This document shows, one piece after another, positions 55,045-64,000 of a stretch of 64,000 nt of DNA. The notes below the pieces were generated by a model. The model had not been told where the DNA came from. It saw only the letters and a program-made list of their open reading frames with translations, and ran no database searches. The stretch covers positions 149,110,001 through 149,174,000 of the forward strand of contig NC_042997.1 in NCBI RefSeq assembly GCF_006345805.1, read 5' to 3'. A program made the position numbers and the translations under genes. Every line of letters starts with the position of its first letter. The stretch's first letter is position 1. This DNA comes from Octopus sinensis. Its lineage: Eukaryota.

Positions 55045-55368
55045 TCATTGACCGAGGTTACCGTGGTCTTTTCCGCAGGCTTTTCTTTCCACGGGTAAAC
55101 CTCACCTGTCCTCCCCTTTACACTTCATATTGACATTTCTGTGATAACGATCCCTATTGATCATTTTTTTTTCCTCTCCCCCCCCCCCTTTTTTTTTTTT
55201 TTAACCCCCCTTATTTTTGTCCTCTTTCTCTCCTTTTACGATCCCTTTTGATCGAACCTCCCCCTTCCTTTTTTTTTTTTTTTTTTTTTTTAATACCTTC
55301 AAAAGAAAAGCTCTACCTTGTAATTTGTTCTATCTGTGTGCAGCCCTGTGTGGCTAATAAAGAAACAT
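55045..55368 (+). mobile_element. Probable LINE 3'UTR fragment embedded in (TATC)n
   Basis: Pyrimidine-rich UTR-like sequence ending agccctgtgtggctaataaagaaac, similar to the SINE tail at 35420-35475. Confidence 0.55.
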
Positions 55369-55389
55369 ATCTATCTATCTATCTATCTC

Positions 55390-55444
<55 letters not shown>

Positions 55445-55477
55445 CTATCTATCTATCTCTCTATATATCTATCTATC

Positions 55478-55524
<47 letters not shown>

Positions 55525-55679
55525 TAAGCAATAAGGGTTTAGCAACGAGTTGCCTTACCACATACCGAATTTAGAAATAGCAGTCAAAGGGTTATTTCTT
55601 CTACTAAAAAGGGAGATCTCAGTAAAAACAGCATTTGGAAGGCAGCATATATATATTCTATATTCTATATTCTATATTC

Positions 55680-57306
55680 TCTATGACTTGGCCGACCAAT
55701 TCCCGGACATCTGCGGCGGTCTGTATCGAGACGATTGTCTACTTTACCTACAGAATGCTCCTAACAATATCATACAGAAGACTAAAAACAGATTAGCTAG
55801 ATTTTTTAGCAGAATGGGCTTGAGCATAGTTTTCGACGACGAATTAACTAAAGCCAACTTCTTAGATGTTACCCTAAATCTGCAGAATAATTCTTACTTC
55901 TCTTATCATAAACCTTCTACTAATCTTAAATATATCAGCATTTTCAGTAACCATGCCAAAACTAATACCGATAATTTAGTTAAAAATATATCCTTAAGAC
56001 TATCAAATTTATCTGCTAATGTCGACATCTTTAACCAAAAAGCGGAATTTTATAACGCCGCCTTGTCAAAAGCCGGCTATAGAGATAAGGTATCATATAT
56101 CGACCCAGCCCATTCTAAACCGATATATGCTTCTCAGGATAAGAAAGTTAATAATAATAGAAATAATGTAAATAATGATTTCAGCTCTAACAACGTCGGC
56201 ACCACTATACTTAACAAAAATAATTTACGGACCAGGGGAGGCAATCGTAAACCAACACCAGTTCTCCAACACAGAAATACTCCCTTTAATGAAAATGTTA
56301 ACACTCTGAACTATTCTAAGTCCCAAAAAACTATATCTGGTTTGTCATTCCTTTCGGGAAACAAATCATGTCTAACCTCCCTTTACAGTTCCGTCAAGCC
56401 GTAGCTAGAAACTTTCCCTGGGATTCTAGGTATTACTCTACTATTAATTCGAATAAGGTAAGGATTGCATTCTCCAACACTAGTAATCTATCGCAGATCA
56501 TTGCCTCCCATAATAACAAGCTGCTAAATAAGGACTCATCACCCGAGAGTAGCAACACTGCCCTTTCCAATTCCAAGCAAACATACAATAATAATAATAA
56601 TAGAAATAGTATTGATAATAGCAACATTCATAGCAGCGTTGGCATTAACAATAGTAATATTAATAATAATATTAGTCGGATTATTAACAGTGGTAGTGTT
56701 AGTGGTAATAACGACAGCATTTATAATAACAGTGGTAGTATTGATGATAACAACCCCAACATTCCTATAGTCAGGGAAATTACCGACGATAATACAATTA
56801 ATAGTAATGATAATAATATGAATAGTATTGTGGTCAATGCTAGCAATAATATTAACACCAATCATAACAATAAAAACTCCGTCTTAGTCTCGGAGGTAAA
56901 CCTTAACAGATTAAAATTCTTATCCAGCAATTCCAAAATTAGAAATTCCGTTTACCAGTGCAAAATTTCTTCAGGTACCGATGTCTTCTTCTACATAGGG
57001 GCAACTACTTCTAAATTAGCCCAGAGGATCTCCAACCATTATTCAACTTTCCGACATAAGAGAAAACAACACAGCACAGGACTAAGTAAAATAGTTTGGC
57101 GTCTTAAGGACAGTAATACAACTTTCAAGATGGAATGGTCCATATTGTCTGTATCCTTTCCGTTTGATAACGGCAGAAAATGTTGTGGCGTCTGTAATTC
57201 CGAACTTTTCCATATTTTGTTCGCCAAAGTTCCTTTAATAAATACAATGGTCGAGAAATCCTTTAGATCCATGCACTGGCAAAAACACACTTTTCACTCA
57301 TATTAA
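55680..57306 (+). pseudogene. PLE RT (C-terminal) + Asn-rich linker + GIY-YIG, one frameshift near 56330-56400
   Basis: GGLYRDD, ANFLDVTL, YHKP, SNH; second frame SVYQCKI...FYIGATT...RISNH, WSIL, CCGVCNSE. Confidence 0.88.
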
Positions 57307-57871
57307 TAATGATTAATATAGATAACCTCCTTGAATTTTAATAATATAGTCCCATTTATATATCACCCCCATATTCAATTTTTATACTCTTAAAGAACTA
57401 CTACCCAACCCATTGAGGTGTGTTTTTCCTTTATCTCTCTAACTCGTCCTCCTCTCTCACTCTTTCCCTCTCTCTATCGTAAGCACAATCAAACACGCAG
57501 ACTCAAACCTGTCACTTCACCACTATCTGTTCTTAGCATCTACCCATCCACACACACAATCGCTCACACACATACACACACATAGCCATTAATGCAGTTA
57601 TATACATACACACACATAGGCACTCATTCACAAAAGAAAACAACAAAATCACCATTCATTTGACCTGCACCCTTTTACCTTCCTATTCTTAGGTCTCTCC
57701 TACAAACTTGTTTGAACCCTTGAACCTTCTAGAATCTTCTACATTCAACCATTTTTGACGTCACTGCTTATAACGGAATATTTTAAAGAAACCCTCATTA
57801 TCGCTATGGGCTCCGTGTGGGCAGGCATCTAAAAGATTTTGTGCATCTTGATGCTGACATAAGTTCCTTAC

Positions 57872-57954
57872 TTTTCCTGATGAGAAGGCGGCATAATGCA
57901 CCCCTTATTCCTTCGAAATTAGGAATATGCAGCCTTCGAAACATATGTCGAAAA
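57872..57954 (+). ncRNA. Type I hammerhead ribozyme with palindromic stem/loop III
   Basis: TTTTC CTGATGA GAAGGC...GCCTTC GAAA CATATG TC GAAAA: perfect core, 6-bp G-C-closed stem II, GUC triplet (predicted cleavage after 57949). Confidence 0.9.
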
Positions 57955-58158
57955 TAAAATAAAGGAATTTTGTTAATTCGTCGTTCAACTCCATTCTTTC
58001 ATTATTTGTATTAAAAAAAACACACACATATTTCCACACGATAGCACGTGATCTCTGCCCTAGGCATGTAGCTTCAAGCGTGTTTTTCTGACGTGAATTT
58101 GCTACCCAGGTACCGGTTAACCGAATTATCCATAATAAGATAATTCATTCAACTACTC

Positions 58159-58193
<35 letters not shown>

Positions 58194-58215
58194 TATAAAA
58201 TTTTCAAATATACTG

Positions 58216-58227
58216 ATTTACACCGTA

Positions 58228-58270
<43 letters not shown>

Positions 58271-58281
58271 CACCGTAGAAT
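58216..58281. repeat. (TA)n tract flanked by a 16-bp direct repeat
   Basis: ATTTACACCGTAGAAT at 58216-58231 and 58266-58281. Confidence 0.9.
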
Positions 58282-59011
58282 TTCCAGAGTTCCGCTAGTC
58301 CTGTATTATTTATATTTGTAGATACACATAAATGATCGAAATAGAAATGTAATATACATTTCCTGTTTAACCGACGGAACCGACTTTGAGATTCTGTCCA
58401 ATCTGTGCGTGACATTCTTTTGCCTTTTCTTCTCTTCCATTGAAATTTAGTCGTAGAGCGGACAGGCCGGTTGATTGTTGTCTTTGAGACTTAGTACGAT
58501 ATCCGTGTCTTTTCATGTTTAAGTTAAATAACGACGATGCAAAGCTGAGTTTGTTATTTTGTCTAGTCTCAAAGGAATGTTTTGTTTTAGCAGGTGCGGA
58601 GACGGTGAGCAGTTAAGGATGTTTATGTTTTAGAGTTTTAAGGTAACGCTCTTGTGGTACAGTGATGAACGATATACGACTCTGGCAGACACATGTAATT
58701 GAAATGTTGAATTCTTTTACAGCAAACTATAATCTTGTAAATCGCAATTATGTTTTGCATTCTCAGGCATAATCTGATAGGATTATGCTGTGCGAATTCA
58801 GAGAAAAATGTAAATAAACTTCTGACATATTACTAAAACAACAAAAATGTAAGCACATAATATAGACTTCTTCTCTCTTCGAATTTCACACTTTATGTTC
58901 ATTTTCTTTATAACGTTTGACACAAAATTTATCTGTAGGAATGGCTAAAAGTTTATTTCTTACAATATTCATAGCAGACATACTATTCTTTTTTCCTGGA
59001 TAAAATGCGAA

Positions 59012-59086
<75 letters not shown>

Positions 59087-59218
59087 TTATCTGCCTGTAT
59101 GTATGAATCTCTCTGTCTCACTGAGTATTTCAGTCTGCCTCTCTCTCTCTCTCTCTCTCCCTCTCTCTCTCCCTATATATAGATAGATAGATTCAAATGA
59201 ATCTATATATATATATAT

Positions 59219-59251
<33 letters not shown>

Positions 59252-59478
59252 ATATATATATATTATAATTATTATTTATACATTATATCTATTTATTCAA
59301 ATTCAAATTAATATGAAGTTATGTATTAATGGAAAACATCTGTAAATGGATGATGATTGCTCAACATTTTAAAACTGTTGTAATACTTACAATATTTAAT
59401 AAAATGATATAGCGTGAAATGATCGTACCAAATTACCGAAGATATTCTTGTTGCTTATTTTAATTATATATATATATA

Positions 59479-60453
59479 TTTTTTCTCTAGTTTCAGCTCA
59501 GAGCTGCGGCCATGCTGATGCACCGCCGTTTTGTGCTACACTGTTATTGCGAAGAATCTCGTCTAATATGTGGCACTTGGTGAAGAGTGGAGTTTGATAT
59601 AGCTACTCTCATTTGCACCTCTTGTAGTGAGGTAGGTTCATCTGGGACTCTCGACAGGAAGATGTCCACCTTTGATTTAAAACCCGCTACATCTACTTTG
59701 TGCAAGTTCCTCAGACTCTTTCGGAGAATATTAAAAAGCTGTGGGCCCTTGAAACCCAGGCTGTTGCAGAAGCTGGTCCTGAAGCGTGATGGCATTGCTG
59801 GGATCTTTGGCACTATGCAGTGTCGTCCCGTTCTAGCATTGGTGTAGCTTACAATGCCAAAATTTGGCACAAATCCTTCCAGGGTCTTCCAGATATATAT
59901 TACTGCATACCTCTCCCGTCTTCTCTCCAGGGAGTAGAGTCTTAGCTGTTTCAACCTTTCCCAGTAGCCGAGCTGTTGCAAAGAGACGATCTTCTTTGTG
60001 AATCTTCTCTGGATTGCTTCAAGGTCCGCTGTTAATTTTACACTGGTGGGTGACCATAGCTGTGAGCAGTAATCCAGGCGGTTGAGGACGAATGTCCGCC
60101 AGAGGACCATCATCGTTTCCTTATCTCTGGTTCCGAATATTCTTAGGATCCACACAGCCAGTCGTCTGCACTTTGTCACCATCCTGGTAATGTGCACTTG
60201 GAAAGAGGTATCATCACTCATGACGATACCCAGGTCCCTCACAGACTTAGGCTCTGGGATTGAAATTCCATGTGGACTGGTGTATCCTGAAGTTTAATAT
60301 TCAGTTTTGGATGCTGGTAGCGCAGGGCCTGGAATTTTTCAGCATTAAACTGCATATTATCCTCAGCCTATCTGTAGATTGAGTCCAACTCCTGCTGCAG
60401 GTGTGCAACATCGCTGGGGTTCTGTATTTTCTGCGAGACTTTCGTATCGTCTG

Positions 60454-60454
<1 letters not shown>
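59479..60454 (-). mobile_element. 5'-truncated CR1-like LINE (from RT ADD motif to 3' end)
   Basis: ADDTKVS at the truncation; ORF 59544-60242 with RDLGIVMS, LDYCSQLWSP, LRLYSLERRRERY; 3' stem-loop tail. Confidence 0.9.
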
Positions 60455-60486
<32 letters not shown>

Positions 60487-60746
60487 TATATATATATATG
60501 TATAAGGATGGTATTATTTAAATATCATCCGTACACGCAAATTAATAAAATATACCCATACAATATTAGATTGTTATTGTTCACTGATATTTTCCTATAT
60601 GTCTATAATAGATTTGTGAATATTCGGTGGTACAGAAGTATTTTTTGACTTCAATCATTAGCGATATAGGTACTCATGTAGTACCCTTGTGTATATATGT
60701 ACATATCCAGTACTGTATGTATATATTTTATACACACGCACACACA

Positions 60747-60780
<34 letters not shown>

Positions 60781-60808
60781 ACACACACACACCACACACA
60801 CACATATA

Positions 60809-60869
<61 letters not shown>

Positions 60870-61875
60870 ATAACTGAGAATGTGTGTCTCTCTGACTGTC
60901 AGTCTGTTTCCCTCAAACTTGAGAACTACGCAACCAATTTCATTCAAATTTTACACATGCCTTACTTAGAGTCCATGTAGGTTCATGGGCAAAAAATGTT
61001 CAGCTTCTTGCCTAGGGCGAGCCCTTAGCAATATCATATCTTCACTATTTCAGTATTACATGTTAAATGTGAAACAAAAACATTTTTCTATTTTATGTCA
61101 GATACTTTCACTTTAACAATAAAAATTAGAGATAATAATAACAATTGAATTATATGTAGTAAGTAATAATTAAAATCAAGCTAAAGTATAATATAAGTAA
61201 AAATAGCAATTGGTATAAAATTGCATCAATGACTTGAACTTGAATAAGTGGTTTCACATGAATGGGAATAAATTAAAAATAAAATTAGCGTGCAGAAATG
61301 GAATAGTCCAGATGGATAATAAAAAATTAAATTTAAAAAAAGACTATTGTCTATAAATTATACAATGTAGAGAAAAAAGATTTGAACACCTGGAGGAAAG
61401 TACCATCGAAAAGTATCTTGGTGCGACTATGAAAGCTATTTAACCAGAGGCGGTAAATTCGCCACAATAGAAGCAACGTTCGAGTCAAGGGAGTACTCGA
61501 CTCGAACTTGCAAAGTGCAAATATTCTATTATTAGCTTTATATCTGGGACGTAGGACGTCCCGGAAAAAAATTAAAATGTCCCCCTCCCTAGCAGTAGAG
61601 ATGGGCTGGATTGTAGCCACACTTCTATACAAGGGGGAGGACAAGATACAATTGATCGAAATTGCAAGAGACGGGCTGTTATATATTCCAGTCTGTTATA
61701 TATTTTGAGTATTGTTATCACTAGCGATATCAAGATATAACTTTGTATTTTGTATTTTATGTGTAGATGTATATATATATATATATGTAGATGTACATGT
61801 AATATGTACACATATATACACACATATATACATGTACTAGCACTATGACCTGGCAACGACTGGTCATAATGCTAG
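60870..61875 (+). mobile_element. Non-autonomous Helitron-like element with helicase remnant
   Basis: 3' hairpin gacc-tggcaacgact-ggtc followed by CTAG (61872-61875) then T; internal NILLLA...LAVEMGWIVATLL resembles PIF1 LAVASSGIAATLL; typical (TGTC)n-rich 5' start. The 5' TC is hidden in the TA tract. Confidence 0.65.
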
Positions 61876-61895
61876 TATATATATATATATATATA

Positions 61896-62295
61896 CTCTT
61901 TTACTCTTTAACTTGTTTCAGTCATGTGACTGCGGCCATGCTGGAGCACCCCCTTTAGTCGAGCAAATCGACCCCGGGACTTATTCTTTGTAAGCCCAGT
62001 ACTTATTCTATCGGTCTCTTTTGCCGAACCGCAAAGTGACGGGGACGTAAACACATCAGCATCGGTTGTCAAGCAATGCTAGGGGGACAAACACAGCCAG
62101 GCCTATATATATATATACACACACATATATTCGACAGGCTTCTTTCAGTTTCCATCTACCAAATCCACTCACAAGGCATTGGTCGGCCCGGGGCTATAGC
62201 AGAAGACACTTACCCAAGATGCCACGCAGTGGGACTCAACCCGGAACCATGTGGTTGGTAAACAAGCTACTTACCACACAGCCACTCCTGCGCCT
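61896..62295 (-). mobile_element. Full-length tRNA-derived SINE (octopus-type)
   Basis: Minus strand: ggcgcaggag, A box TGGCTGTGTGG, B box GGTTCCGGGTTGAGTCCC, internal TA/CA repeat, 3' ggtgctccagcatggccgcagtcacatgactgaaacaag. Confidence 0.9.
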
Positions 62296-62302
62296 ATATA
62301 TA

Positions 62303-62372
<70 letters not shown>

Positions 62373-62599
62373 CTTCGTCTTCAATCACATATCTGACTCA
62401 CCGGCTACGACCTCAGATGACCATTCAATTCCGCTGCAAATCTGCATGTCTTGTGGCATAATATTAAGTTGTAACTTATTTACAACTTAAATTGTAAATT
62501 ATTCATAACGTAAGTTGTAACTTACTGTGTACTCCTTAGATGTTCATTCTACCTGCGTTTCTAATATTCTCTCTCCATTTGATTTTCACCAATGGAATG

Positions 62600-63020
62600 A
62601 CAAATGATGTCACCATAAGGTATAACTGTTCGCCATTAGTTTCTTGTGATAAACGTTTGAAAAACACGAGTACCACTCTTTGAGTCTCTGTGACTAGCAT
62701 CTTGTGACAAGTGGGCTAATGATGATTAGAAATCAAGTGAAACCTCAGGTATTTCAACATAGAGCGCCTCTCCTAGAAGAATGCTGTGACAACAGCTAGT
62801 GGTCACTCCTGAAGGTTGTACTGCGTTGCCTGAGACAAACCAAGTGTAAATCTCAGTCCTAACACTTAGATGGACTGCCATCAAAATGCCATCACATACG
62901 ATAGTTAATCCAGCTGACATGTGCCACTCCGGCCGGTCAGGGTAGAACTGAAACAATTGTGGTTAAGGTCTGATATCACACTCCTCAAAAGCCTGGAACT
63001 AGCGAACCAAAGGACCCCAC
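62600..63020 (-). mobile_element. Possible RTE-type LINE endonuclease N-terminal relic
   Basis: ORF 62726-62956 contains EIYTWFVSG....SGV, resembling RTE YTFFWSG...GV. Confidence 0.35.
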
Positions 63021-64000
63021 TACCAGATGCATTTTAAAGCAATACTATTACAAATACTCGCTTATATATATACATACACACACACGCTGATCAATATGAA
63101 TGAATTATCGCCTACTCCCAAAGATCAGATTCTTCTTGACAAACATGAATGTGAATTACTGTGGTTTGCAGTTCCGGTATAATTTAACTCCTGTATTCTC
63201 ATTATTACCTGTGTTTTATACTTCACTAACTGGACTGCGAAAATCAACTACCATCCTCCACTGCCACTGTGATCTATAAACTAGTACCTAACTAAAACCC
63301 TGTAACTTTATCTGGCCTTGTAATTCTACTGTGTGCGCTGCCATTGGGCAGGCTATAACATATATTATATGTAATACATTTGGTTTGGTTTCGACAGATA
63401 TTACTGCATTATCGGTCATACAAGTGGCATTGTCCTTAATTTATTGGACACCATCTCTCAAAATAAATATATATATCATTTAAAGTGGTATTCACTGGTA
63501 TTCTCTGGTATAATGTTAGGAATTTTAGCATTTACGTTATTGAATTAATTTAGTATGACGAGCAGTGACTTTCTCGTCGATCATTACGTTAAGTTATATT
63601 TAACTGTCATGATTTTGGAGTTATAATATGTAACTACATTCTTAGGGCGATATATCTGTATGATATGTTGTGCATTAATGTAGAAGCTGTGAATATTTAT
63701 TCTTCATGTATCGGGCCTTTTTGTTTTAGCTATTATTTCTATAATATTTTTATAATATTTACAAACACTCTCCTTCATACCTATATAATTTCACAGAGAA
63801 ACTGTTGTTAGAAGCGGCTTCAAAACGTGATACGACTAATTAATAGGCATACATGTTTACTGCTGCGGTTATTTGTATACACTCATATATACATATGTGT
63901 ACATCTATGTACGCTAGTATGGTTTGCCATATTGGCCGGATAACTGCATTAAGGATGATTTCTTATATAATGATATTATTGTTAAAACATCACATTCGTG

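Larger units (their letters stand above)
55680..58160 (+). mobile_element. 5'-truncated Penelope-like element with long 3' UTR/pLTR and hammerhead ribozyme
   Basis: RT and GIY-YIG coding region followed by a 3' region with a hammerhead and AATAAA; ends in (TA)n. Confidence 0.88.

Noticed and set aside
61896-62295. tRNA gene candidate from A/B boxes
   Set aside because: The boxes belong to multi-copy SINE heads; no complete cloverleaf.

Overview
AT-rich eukaryotic (animal) genomic DNA with very dense (TA)n/(CA)n/(TATC)n microsatellites. The SINE, Penelope and CR1 repeat content looks like octopus/cephalopod DNA, but this is inferred from recognising repeats, not from a search. I found no intact host gene. 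Almost all listed ORFs are translations of microsatellites or antisense frames. Real coding potential belongs to retroelements and transposons: a near full-length but disrupted CR1-clade LINE (21047-25918); two Penelope-like elements (PLEs, RT + GIY-YIG; 27062-29592 with a 902-bp inverted duplication, and ~55680-58160); two 5'-truncated CR1-like LINEs; a deleted hAT transposon with a nested SINE and MITE; a Helitron-like element; several tRNA-derived SINEs; and older relics. One possible decayed host gene (GT92-like glycosyltransferase) lies at ~15.3-16.3 kb. The most notable signal is RNA-structural. Two hammerhead ribozymes have intact cores (12966-13016 and 57872-57954), several more are degenerate, and a recurring class of fold-back elements is centred on hammerhead motifs. 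A conserved 3' stem-loop is also shared between LINEs and SINEs. All alignments and folds were done by eye.
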